From the human T2T-CHM13v2.0 reference genome, Homo sapiens, in assembly GCF_009914755.1 (NCBI RefSeq), contig NC_060940.1: a DNA stretch of 64,000 nucleotides; one strand, written 5' to 3'. The notes below the pieces were generated by a model. The model saw only the letters and a list, made by a program, of their open reading frames with translations. It was not told the DNA's origin and searched no databases. This document shows positions 1 to 11,049 of the stretch, piece by piece (the first letter of the stretch is position 1; the number at the start of each line of letters is the position of its first letter). Position numbers and translations under genes: made by a program.

Positions 1-129
1 CTCCCCTAGCTAGTCCATAGGAAACAGCCATACATCCCTTGCCTTGACAACCTCTGCAAGTGCAAACTGAACCCAACAGTTTTCCTGGTACCACTGGCTG
101 CTTTGCCTTTTGCAAGGGGGGAAGTGACT

Positions 130-543
130 CAAGCACTGGTATTCCATGTCTCCCAACTGCATGCAGGAAACACATTTCAAGCTCATCTAGGAGAAGAGTC
201 TCTAAGAGTTGATAGTGCTCACCAAATAGCTATGTGCTCCTCTGTTTCTCAGTCTCTGTTGCATTTGGATGGAGGCCATGAAACAAGTTCTGGCCAGTAA
301 AGTGAATGGAATGGCCATATGTCTCTTCTGGATAGAGGCACTTGAGAGCCAGATGTTTCCATCCTCTCTCTTCTCCCTTAAAGGCAGTAAGTTCCAGACA
401 GCACTATCATAACAGGAAGAGGACAACCTGAACTGCACCAGACTTCAACTTGAGCTTGAAATAAATTGTTTTTGGATTAAGCAACTGAGATTTCTGGGTT
501 TATTTGTTACTACAACAAAGCCTGTCCTATCCCAACTAATATA
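130..543 (+). mobile_element. Old MaLR LTR (MLT1-like) fragment
   Basis: AATAAA followed by TTAAGCAACTGAGATTT..TTTGTTAC..CTAATATA resembles an MLT1 3' end; 5' boundary uncertain. Confidence 0.45.
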
Positions 544-792
544 TCCCATATTCTAGTCTTAAGGTTGTACTCTGCACACCCATCCCTAGCTTTGAGATAA
601 AGAGAGCAGGTACCATATATTCCCTAAAGTAGGGAGAGGATAAGGTTTGCAGCAGTGCTTTCTGTACAGATATCATCTTTACAAATTATTTGTCTCTTCT
701 TCATTCTCAATTATTTTCTATTTCTGAAACAGGTAAAAGGGGATTGAGAATTGTGGTATATGTGCCCAACTATTTCATTCGAAAATCTACAT

Positions 793-1123
793 AGCTGGGT
801 GCAGTGGCTCATGTCTGTAATCCCAGCACTTTGAGAGGCCAAGGCTGGCAGATCACTAGAGGTCAGGAGTTCGAGACCAGCCTGGCCAACATGGTGAAAC
901 CTCATCTCCACTAAAAATACAAAAATTAGCCAGGTGTGGGGACAGGCACCTGTAATCCCAGCTACTAGGGAGACTGAGGCACTAGAATCACTTGAACCTG
1001 GGAGACGGAGGTTGCACTTGAACTCCGGGAGACAGAGGAGCTGAGATCACGCCACTGCACTGCAGCCTGGGTGACAGAGCAAGACTCTGTCTCAAAAAAA
1101 AAAAAAGAAAAGAAAAGAAAAAA
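793..1123 (+). mobile_element. AluS with ~25 bp internal duplication in right arm
   Basis: Dimeric Alu, A-rich tail, AAAATCT flanks; CTTGAAC..GGGAGAC.GAGG repeated at 991-1040. Confidence 0.95.
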
Positions 1124-1269
1124 ATCTGTATACAGTGAATTGGCACCTCAGTTCAAATTTCCCTTCTATCTTATCTTCGTGCCTAAGTGAAACTTCAATT
1201 TTAACATACTATTACACAAGACCGTTGTGCAAATAACAAGACTGAATAGTATTAATTACCATTCCATGC

Positions 1270-1470
1270 ATTAAGTTGTGCTGGGCAAATAGCATTCATT
1301 ATTATATTTAATTATCATAGCAACTCTGAGAGACAAGTTACTTTTGTTATGATCCTCATTTTACAGATGAAGAAACTGAGGGTCAGAGAGGTAAGTGACT
1401 TGCCCAAAGGTACACACTAGGAACCAGAAAAACAGGGACTTCAACCCAAGTCATGCTGGTGCCAACATCC
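1270..1470 (-). mobile_element. MIR
   Basis: MIR core TTTTACAGATGAAGAAACTGAGGGTCAGAGAGGTAAGTGACTTGCCCAA. Confidence 0.85.
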
Positions 1471-2499
1471 CTACTGGCAAGCCATATGAACCTCCCTGCC
1501 TTGAGCTTCTTCAGTAACAAGGTCAGGAAACTAAAGTTCCCTGACATCAGCTGTCTGCCTGTTGGTCAGCAGTGGTAGTGACAACACCAGTATTTGTACC
1601 CAGGTCCCTGTCACCAAAGCTGGTGACTATACGACCTCCATGTTTGTCAGGCATCCAGTAGGTAGTAGGTACATGATAACATCAGCTCCTCCTTCCATCT
1701 GCTGGGAACAACCCAGTTAATCAACCTAATGGCTTTCCTTTCAAGAGTACCAATCTCTTTGGCATATCCAGCAGATATACCCAAGGTTTCTTAAGATTTA
1801 CACTTCTCTGCACCCCATTCCCATGACCATCCCTTAAGAAGTCCCCTCTGTTTCACCCCCAACTTCCCTTTGAAAGATCTATTCCCGTCCCTCCTCCCAG
1901 AAACTGTCCAACACCGCTGTCCTCCTTGGTCAATTGTTCTAGACGTATTATTTATGGCAAACTCATTTGTCCCTAACACAAATGTAAGATGTAATTCCCC
2001 AAGAATTCAAATGTAATTTAAAGTTATTTTCCAATATCTAATTTGCCTTTTATTTATTTAGGGCAATATTTCAGCAGGAACTTCCCAGCCAAAGTGCCAG
2101 CATTTGTTTACAGTGTCAGGCCCAGCAATGGTGGGTAACCACACACCCCAGACACAGACATTACCGATTAAAAAAGTAATTACAACATTGAACACAGCCT
2201 TAAATAAAAGCAAAAATGCAGGAGACAAGAGGGGAAGCAAAAACATAAATGGAAACAATGCCGTTTTCCCCAGACGTTTTGTAATATTTGCAGCCTGCCT
2301 GGTACTGGCACCCTGCCCTGGCTGTGCCAGACACAAGCAAAGCATCCAGTGAGGAGGGGTGGGGTGGCTCTGCTCTGAAAAGAGGTGGAAAGAAGTGCCT
2401 AATCATCAGAGAACATCTGTCTGCCTGTTTGCCTGTCTGTCTGTCTGTCTTTTGTTTAACATCTTGCTCTGCTGAGCACCCACTTATACTGATCCTCAG

Positions 2500-2990
2500 G
2501 GGATTAATTGCATACTGTGTTATGGCAAATGACCAAAACCCCACACAATCAAACTGACTTAACTAGGAAATGGGTATGTTCTGGTTCATGACAGACCATC
2601 TGTAGTTCTAGTTTCAGGCACAGTTGGATCCAGGGGCTCAACATCATGTAGAATCTCTCAGTCTCTATCACTTGGCTCTTCTTTCCACAAAGTTGACTTC
2701 ATTTTCAATCAGGCATTCTCTACCTGGTGGCTAACATAGAATCCTAGCAGCTTTAAGCTTACATCCCATCAGCTTAGTGTTCCCCCAAAGAAAGGAAGTG
2801 CTTCTTTTCCCACCATTCTAGCAAAAATATCAAGTCAGCCTTTCATTGGCCCAACTTGGGTCATGTGCTGATCCGTGAACCAATAATTGTAGCCAGGGAG
2901 TTTCAGTCCTTTCATTGGCCAGGCCTGGGTCAGATTCCCACCCCTTGAGAACAAAGGTAGGACCAGTCCCACCCAAACTGAGACTGAGAG
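2500..2990 (-). mobile_element. Old MaLR LTR (MLT1-like)
   Basis: Degenerate similarity (GCAAATGACCAAAACCC, CATTGGCCCAACTTGGGTCATGTG). Confidence 0.5.
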
Positions 2991-4113
2991 CGAGGAAGAG
3001 ATAATTCACGAAAAGAAAATTGAGGTTCCCATGAGAGCTGAAGGAGCAATAAGACACTGGGTGAGTAAACACGACTAATTTCCACCACAGATTTGAACAC
3101 TTTCTGTCTGTTTCTAACACCTCTACTCTTCCTACAGTATCTCCAGACCACATTTTTAGACTTGTGAGCACAGTACAGTGACCTCTGCTCCATTCTTGGG
3201 AGGATAATAGGACTGTCCTATAGAATGTCAAACTTGCAGATTCTTCCCTCGATTTTATTAAAAGATTCTGTAAACTATAACATAGCACAACTGGGAACAG
3301 ATGACATTTTGTAGCCACCAAGGGTAGCCTGCTTCAAGTGGCCCAGGACTTCCTTCAAGATGAATATAACAAGAGTTTTTGGGTTTGAATGAGTCAAATA
3401 ATTGCTGTCTAATTGTCTAACAATTAAGTCACAGGAGAGGCAGGAAGTATAGTTGCTGTAAGCATTTTTGAGTAGTCACACTTTGGACCTGACCCCAAAT
3501 CAGTGTTCCTGGTTCCTGCTTATACCCCAAGGAGTGACTGTGTATGCGAACTGATAGAATTGATTGTAGAGATGTAACTCTGGGGCCAAATGTGTGTAGC
3601 TCTTGGCCACACTTAGCACTGAAGGAGTCGGATCATTCTCTCTCAATGGATATCCAGAAACTGGGTCTCACATAATCACAGAACAAAGCATTCACAAGAC
3701 TGTGCAAAGCTTTCTTCAACAGCAACCCCTCTGGCAACAAGAGGCAACTGCAGCAGTGAACTAATCAGACCCCTGTCCTTAGCCACTTGTAGGTTAACCA
3801 TGGGCAGACATTCCCCTTGGAACTAAGAACACCTGTATAGTTCACAGATCATTTAAGAGGGCACAGAGAACTCCACAAGAAAAGTGATGAACATTCTACT
3901 AATAAGGCAGGTGGTTGCGGAAGCAATTCGTAGGGAAAATGAAAGCACTCTGCCTCATTCAGGCCCCAAGTTTGTGGAGATGTTCTTGCTGCCAACACAA
4001 GGAATAAATGAGAGTCTGGATCTAGGTTCCTAAGAACCATTCCTGGTATATAGGAATATAGTAATATTTGGCCTTTTATAATTCCAGTCAACAGCACTTT
4101 TTCCCCTTTTAAA

Positions 4114-4412
4114 TTTTTTTTTAATTTTTTGAGACAAGGTCTTGCCCTGTCACCCAGGCTGGAGTACAGTGGTATGATCTCAGCTCACTGCAACCTCCAC
4201 CTCCTTGGTTCAAGCGGCTTTTCTGCCTCAGTCTCCTGAGTAGCTAGGACTACAGGTACACACCACCTCACTTGGCTATTTTTTTTTTGTATTACTGGAG
4301 ATGGGGTTTCACTGTGTAGGCTAGGCTAGTCTCGAACTCCTGACCTCAAGTGATCCATCTGCCTTGGCCTCCCAAAGTGCTGGTATTACAGGCATAAGCC
4401 ACCACATCCAGC
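4114..4412 (-). mobile_element. Alu
   Basis: T-tract then full antisense dimer. Confidence 0.95.
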
Positions 4413-4479
4413 CATTTTTTCAGTTTTTATTGTTGTTGTCACTTGCCAGAGACCATGATCGTCTCTTACTCAAACACCA

Positions 4480-4850
4480 CTGTATTTAATGTAATCCCAT
4501 CTGAAATTCTGTGAGGTAGATAGCATTATCATTCATCCCCACATTATCGATTTTTTTTAATGGAGGTTCAGAAAGGGAAGATGATATGCCCAAAGTCACA
4601 CCATGGTAGAACCAGGACTAGAACTCAGATTTCCCGCTCCCCAACTAGTGCTTCCATTAACTAAGGGCTTTGTGTTCTCAAACACAATGGGCAAAGGGAG
4701 ACAGAAAACTTGTGTTTCTTGAACATCTGTGATGGCAGGCACCACGCTGGGCATGTTTACATATATCAGCTCATTTACTCTTCTCCACAGTCCCATGAGG
4801 CCTCTGTGGTATCATTTCCCCCATTTTAGTCAAACGGAGGCACAAAGAGA
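4480..4850 (-). mobile_element. MIR fragments (two)
   Basis: GGAGGTTCAGAAAGGGAAGATGATATGCCCAAAGTCACAC and a second degenerate core. Confidence 0.65.
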
Positions 4851-5300
4851 GAGGCGGTACCTTTCCCTGAATCACTGTACAGCAGGAGTCTCTGATGGGA
4901 TTCAGCATAAAGAGGACATTTTTCCAGGAAGGAAGCTCCCTGCCCAACGGGACTGGTGGAGTCTCATCCTCACTCCTACTCTCCAGAAACATCACTGAAC
5001 CACTCCACTCTTCCCAGGAAACAAATTCTGGGCACACTCCAGGGTCCCTGAAAAAGACTCCCTCACCTCCAACTTTACCAGCTGGCTCCATCCAAGAGTG
5101 AAACTGGCCCAATTTTCCCATAGAATTAGGGGTGTAAACATATACAACTTTGGTATAAAAGGAAAAATTGAAGTTATTTGTTAAATATACTCAGTTCCTA
5201 ATTGGTATCCATCTCTGTACTAAACATCAAAAAAATAAAGTCCAGACTCTCAAGCATGTAAATGAACAATTTTACAATTGTTCATTTGATTATAAGTCTG

Positions 5301-5666
5301 TGATATGGTTTGGCTGTGTCCCAACCCAAATCGCATATTGAGTTGTAGCTTCCATAATCCCATGTGTAGTGGGAGGGACCCAGTGGGAGGAAATTGAATG
5401 ATGAGGGCTGGTTTTCCCATGCTGTTCTCATGGTAGTGAATAAGTCTCACAAGATCTGATGGTTTTATAAAGGGCAGCTAGTTCTCCTGCACACACCCTC
5501 ATGCCTGCTGCCATGTAAGATGTGCCTTTGCTCCTCCTTCCCCTTCCACCACGATTGTGAGGCTTCCCCAGCCATGTGGAAATGTGAGTTCATTAAACCA
5601 CTTTTTCTTTATAAATTACCCAGTCTCAGGTATTTCTTCATAGCAGTATGAAAATGAACTAATTCA
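5301..5666 (+). mobile_element. THE1 (MaLR) solo LTR
   Basis: TGATATGGTTTGGCTGTGTCCC start, ATAAATTACCCAGTCTCAGGTATTTCTT near end; near-TSD GTCTG/GGCTG. Confidence 0.92.
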
Positions 5667-5941
5667 GGCTGCTGCAAGGAACAGGAAAGGGCCAGAGACA
5701 AGGCAAAGCTGGAGCATGCTAGAAGACAGATCTTGTCTTGAAGAGTCTAAAACTATCATTAAAGTCTCCCTGAAAGTTTGCAGATTACACTTAGGGATTT
5801 ATAAGTGCTCAGCAATAACTTATTAAAATTTTAGTGTGTTCACAAATACTAGCACATTCTGGATCATCTCCCTGACAACCAGAATGGAATCCATGCAATG
5901 ATTTGATTTGTGATCATTTTGGGGTCTAGTAATAATGTGTG

Positions 5942-8015
5942 TTTTTTCTCATTAAATTTTGTTTTAATGGGTCTCAAAATTCTGTGACAGATTTTTGGTC
6001 AAGTTGCTTCCATTGAAAAGTACTGATTTTAAAAACTAATAATTTAAAACTGCCACACGAAAAAACAAAACAAAACAAAAAATCAAAGTGGTCCACAAAA
6101 CATTCTCCTTTCCTTCTGAAGGTTTTATGATGCATTGTTATCATTAACCAGTCTTTTACCATTAAACTTAAATGGGCAATTGAAACAAACAGTTCTGAGA
6201 CTGTTCTTCCACCAATTAAGACCAGGGTAGCAGGTATTAGGGATAATATTCATTTAGCCTTCTGAGCTTTCTGGGCAGACTTGGTGACCTTGCCAGCTTC
6301 AGCAGCCTTCTTGTCCACTGATTTGATGACACCCACAGCAACTGTCTGTCTCATATCACGAATAGCAAAGCGACCCAGAGGTGAATAGTCTGAGAAGCTC
6401 TCAATACACATGAGCTTTCTAGGAACCATATCAACGATGGCAGCATCACCAGATTTCAAGAATTTAGGGCCGTCTTCCAGATTTTTACCAGAATGGAGAT
6501 CAATCTTTTCCTTCAGCTTAGCAAACTTGCAGGCAATATGAGCCGTGTGGCAGTCCAGTACAGGGGCATAGTCCACACTTATTTGGCCTGGGTGGTTCAG
6601 GATAATCACCTAAGCGGGGAAGCCAGCTGCTTCCATTTGTGGGTTTTCTTTTTGCTGTCACCAGCATCGTTGCTATGACGAATCTCCTTGACGGACATGT
6701 TCTTGACATTGAAGCCCACATTGTGCCCAGGAAGAGCTTCACTCAAAGCTTCATGGTGCTTTTCAACACAATTTACTTCAGTTGTAACACTGACAAGAGC
6801 AAAGGTGACCTCCATGCTGGGTTTGAGAACACCAGTGTCCATTCGGCCAACAGGAACAGTACCAATACCACCAATTTTGTAGACATCCTGGAAAGGCAGG
6901 CGCAAGGGCTTGTCAATTAGACAAGTTGGTGGTAGGATGCAGTCAAGAACCTCAAGCAGTGTGGTTCCACTGGCATTGCCATCCTTACAGGTTGCTTTCC
7001 ATCCCTTGAACCAAGGCATATTAGCACTTGACTCCAGCATGTTGTCACCATTCCAACCAGAAATTGGCACAAATGCTGCTGTGTCAGAGTTGTAGCCAAT
7101 TTTTTTTTTTTTTTTTTTTTTGAGATGGAGTTTCACTCTTGTGGCCCAGGCTAGAGTGCAATGGTGCAATCTTGACTCACTGCAACCTCCACCTCCTGGG
7201 TTGAAGCAATTCTCCCGCCTCAGCTTCCTGAGTACCTGGGATTACAGGTGTATGCCACCACACCCAGCTAATTTTTGTATTATTAGTAGAGACTGGGTTT
7301 CACCATGTTGGCCAGATGGGTCTCGAACTCCTGACCTCAGGTGATCCACCTGCTTCAGCCTCCCAAAGTACTGGGATTACAGGCATGAGCCACTGTGTCC
7401 TGCCAAATTTTCTTAATGTAAGTGCTGACTTCCTTAACGATTTCCTTGTATCTCTTCTGGCCATAGGGTGGCTCGGTGGAATCCATTTTGTGAACACCAA
7501 CAATTAGTTGTTTCACACCTAGTGTGTAAGCCAGCGGGCATGCTCACAGGTCTGCCCATACTTGGAAATACCAGCTTCAAATTCACCAACACCAGCAGCA
7601 ACAATCAGGACAGCACAGTCAGCCTGAGATGTCCCTGTAATCATGTTTTTGATGAAGTCTCTGTGTCCAGGGGCATCAATGATAGTCACGTAGCACTGGC
7701 TGGTCTCAAAATTCCACAGGGAGATATCAATGGTGATACCACATTCATGCTCAGCTTTCAGTCTATCTAAGTCCCAGGCATACTTGAAGGAGCCCTTTCC
7801 CATCTCAGCAGCCTCTTTCTCAAATTTTACAATGGTTCTTTTGTCAATGCCACCACATTCGTAGATCAGATGGGCAGTGGAGGTTGACTTGCCTGAATCT
7901 ACATGTCCAATGATGACAATGTTGATGTGAGTATTTTCCTTTCCCATTTTGGCTTTAGGAGTAGTTTTCATAACACCTGTGTTCTGGTGGCAAAACCATT
8001 GCAAAAAAAAAAAAG
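5942..8015 (-). pseudogene. EEF1A1P: Processed EEF1A1 (translation elongation factor 1-alpha 1) pseudogene, full length
   Basis: Intronless copy from 5'TOP leader (8015) through ATG (7947, [21 protein letters not shown]) to stop (6250, ..[10 protein letters not shown]) plus 3'UTR and short poly(A); TSD AGTAATAATGT at 5928-5938 and 8017-8027; frameshifts near 7535 and 6650, stop near 6610, NKMD changed to HKMD, Alu insertion. Paralogue number not determined. Confidence 0.97.
7100..7404 (-). mobile_element. AluS inserted in the EEF1A1 pseudogene CDS
   Basis: T-tail at 7100, splits codons for YIKKIGYN, AATTTT duplicated on both sides. Confidence 0.97.
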
Positions 8016-8105
8016 AAGTAATAATGTTTTAATTGTCCCAGAACAAGGGGGAAAAGGCCGGGCTGGACTTTATACATAAATGATGTGTTTGTGCCAGATA
8101 AAGAC

Positions 8106-8610
8106 TGTGAGATATGATGAGGTTTCTCTTCAAATAATCTAATAAATCTTTTATTCTTTAATTCATAGTACCCACCACCCCCTGCTTTTCCTTTTTCTCC
8201 TTTTTCCTTTGTTAAATGACCAGGCACGCCACAATACCAGGCATTATCAATACCAACTCACATTCCTTTCCTTATTTAAAAAAAAAAAAAAAAAACTAAC
8301 TTTCTAGCTCATTACAACATCCCTTCCCCTTCCTCTCCACTTTCTTTTACGTGCCCACCTTATCTAAAAAAATTCAAGTGCTTAGCCAATTGAAATTAGT
8401 TTAAATTGTGTGACTCGACCCTGGCCAATGGGGAAAGGGTACAGGGACAGGACTTGCATCAAAAATAAAGACTTGTGCCCCTTTGTTCAGGTGTGCTCTC
8501 GTGGCAACTGGCCAAAGAAGCACCCCTCTGCACAGAAGTAAAATTGCTTTGTTAAAAATCCATTGTTTGAGTGTTCAATTTCCTTCAACTTTTAAGCATT
8601 ATTCCCAAGA
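8106..8610 (+). mobile_element. ERV1 solo LTR (LTR10-like)
   Basis: TGTGAGATATGATGAGGTTTCTCTTCAAAT start, two CCAAT boxes, ends ATTCCCAAGA; 4-bp TSD AGAC (8102-8105, 8611-8614). Family name from recall. Confidence 0.75.
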
Positions 8611-8852
8611 AGACCAACTGAATGGCTTGCGATGCCAGTTATGTTCTAGAACCAAACTGAGGTTCACTCACCCAGAGCAGTAAATCCAGATACCTACCCA
8701 GAGGTGTTTGCAGTGATAGAAAGAAAGGCATTTATTGCAGGGTGCCCAGCAAGGAGAATCAGGTCAGGTCATGCTTAAGACCCAAACTCCCCAGTGTCTA
8801 CAAGCCAAGTACCTGCAAGGTAAGGGCTTTTTTCGTTGGTAGTGATGGTGGA

Positions 8853-9147
8853 TTTCTTTAGACAGGGTCTTGCTCTGCCCTCTGTTGCCAAGCCTAGAGT
8901 GCAGTGGCATGATCATATAGCTCACTGTAGCCTCAATCTCCTGGGCTCAAGTGATCCTCTAGCCTCAGCCTCCCAAGTAGCTGGAACTAAAGGTGCCTGC
9001 CACCACACCCGGCTAATTTTTTTATTTTTAGTAGAGATGAGGTCTGATATGTTGCCCAGGCTGGTCTTGAACCCCTGGGCTCAAGCAGTCTTCCCACCTT
9101 GTCCTCCCAAAGTTCTGGGATTAAAGGCATGAGCCACAACCCCTGGG
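8853..9147 (-). mobile_element. AluJ
   Basis: Antisense dimer; TSD AGGTAAGGG(C/T)TTTT. Confidence 0.93.
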
Positions 9148-9304
9148 GCAGGTAAGGGTTTTTAAAGACAAGGGTAAACTTCAGGAAAGCAGAAACTACA
9201 GGCAAAATCGTAAATCAATGCATGAAGGTTACACATTGGTTTAAGATTAAAAGGAGGAGATATCTTGAAGTGTCTTGAAGTGAAGGCTTACAGGTCATAG
9301 GTAG

Positions 9305-9665
9305 TGTATTCCATTCTCACACTGCTATAAAGATACTACCTGAGACTGGGTAATTTATAAACAAAAGAGGTTTAATTGACTCACAGTTCTGCATGGCTGG
9401 GGAGGCCTCAGGAAACTTACAATCATGGCAGAAGGTAAAGGGGAAGCAGGTACCTTCTTCACAATGTGGCAGGAGAGAGAGAGAGCAAGCAAAGGGGAAT
9501 GACATACTTTAAAACGACCAGCGCTCATGAGAACTGACTCACTGTCAAGAGAACAGCATGGGGAAAACTGTCCCCATAATCCAATCACCTCCCAACAGGT
9601 CCCTCCCTCAACACATGAGGATTACAATTCAAGATGAGATTTGGACACAGAAGCAAACCATATCA
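9305..9665 (-). mobile_element. THE1/MST (MaLR) solo LTR
   Basis: TGTATT..CCATATCA termini; perfect 5-bp TSD GGTAG. Confidence 0.92.
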
Positions 9666-10394
9666 GGTAGATTCAAAGATCTTCTGATTTGCAATTGGTT
9701 AAGGAAAAGAAGATTTGTTTAAAATTTTGAGGTCAGTAGAATAATGTTAACTGGCTAGGGGGAGTGACTTTCTCCAAGCACCCGCAGGAAGAAACTTAGA
9801 ACAAAGGGCGACAGTTAAAGTTTAGTCTTCCCTTCCCCCTTATCTGTGGTCTACGGTCAGCGGCTCCAGCTGTTTGGTGGAGGGTCATCTGTGGGGATCT
9901 GAGCATCTGAAAGACAATTCGGGAAGCTATGTTAAGATGTTACATTTAGTTTCTATAAGGAAAATGGACATCTCTGGGAGTTTAACTTCCTTAGCTATTG
10001 TTTTAGGCTATTACCTTCTTATTTAACAAGTTACTTATTTAGTTCTCAGGGCTAGCTAGGTGCCTGGAATTTCCCTTGAAGGATCTCAGGATTTTCCTTT
10101 ATTTCCATACTTGGGGTCTGCAGGCGCCTAAAAAAGGGGGATCCCTGCTCTATCTCAGTTAAAGATTCTCAGAGACAAAAATGGTGGGAGAATTGAGTTT
10201 CCATGCCACCTAAAGTAATAAAGGAAGCAAAGCTCAAAATAACCTGGGCTAGAACAGCAATTCATTTTGAGTAAGTGGCAGTTTAGTTTCAGCAAAACCA
10301 CATCATCTATCATATTAAATAAATAATGCTAATTTGAATTTTATCACTTTTAGTGTTCAGTTTCTAATTTGTTTAGTCTTGTTTATAAACTTCT

Positions 10395-10570
10395 TTTGTC
10401 ATTGATACTAAAACATAATTTTCCTCTCATTTTGACTCTGAAATTGCGATGCATCTTAAAATCTACAGCCTCTTACAATTTCAAATGACAGCACTTTTTC
10501 CCTTTTTAATGCTACATAAAATAATAATGCATCTTACAATTGATGGTGTTTCAGATTCAATGAAGCACAG
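10395..10570. mobile_element. DNA transposon fossil (MER96-like)
   Basis: GATGCATCTTAAAATC..GCATCTTACAATTGATGGTGTTTCAGATTCAATGAA; family from recall. Confidence 0.5.
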
Positions 10571-10739
10571 TATGTGCAAAATGAGTTAATACCTAGTTTT
10601 GTTTGGAAATAAGTAAGTAACATTAAAAATTCAAATTTTGAAGTCAATATGGGGTCTATAGAATGTTTTCCCTTCAAACATTTTACATACTACTGCAGTT
10701 GGAGTATCGTTGATGACAATGAGGCAATGAGATGAAGTT

Positions 10740-11040
10740 TTCATCACAGGAGTAAGATGATCAGATTACCACATGAGGAAGATAATCTAGCACCACACTG
10801 GCAAGAAAAAGACAAGTTTTGCAGTAAAGCAAGAGAAGACCTAAACTTAGGAAACATAAGGAAAGATGAAGACATAACTTGAAGATCTATGCAGGAGGCA
10901 GACTCAACAAGATTTAGTGATTGATTAGATGTGTGAAAGCAAGCATGTGTGGAGAGGAGAAAGAAGGAGAAGGAGGATCCAGGGATGATGCTGGGTTTCT
11001 GGATGGAAGGGAGTGGCATCTCCAAGGTACAGAAAGGCAG
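10740..11040 (-). mobile_element. L2 fragment
   Basis: GGAGGCAGACTCAACAAGATTTAGTGATTGATTAGATGTG typical of antisense L2. Confidence 0.6.
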
Positions 11041-11049
11041 TGAAGGTTG

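Larger units (their letters stand above)
8642..10157 (-). mobile_element. ERV1 (MER4-group-like) LTR interrupted by an Alu and a MaLR LTR
   Basis: TGTTCTAGAACCAAACTGAGG..CCTGCTCTATCTCA termini; sequence resumes after each nested TSD. Confidence 0.6.

Noticed and set aside
6250-7947. Functional EEF1A gene
   Set aside because: Intronless, frameshifted, premature stop, Alu insertion, G4 motif NKMD mutated
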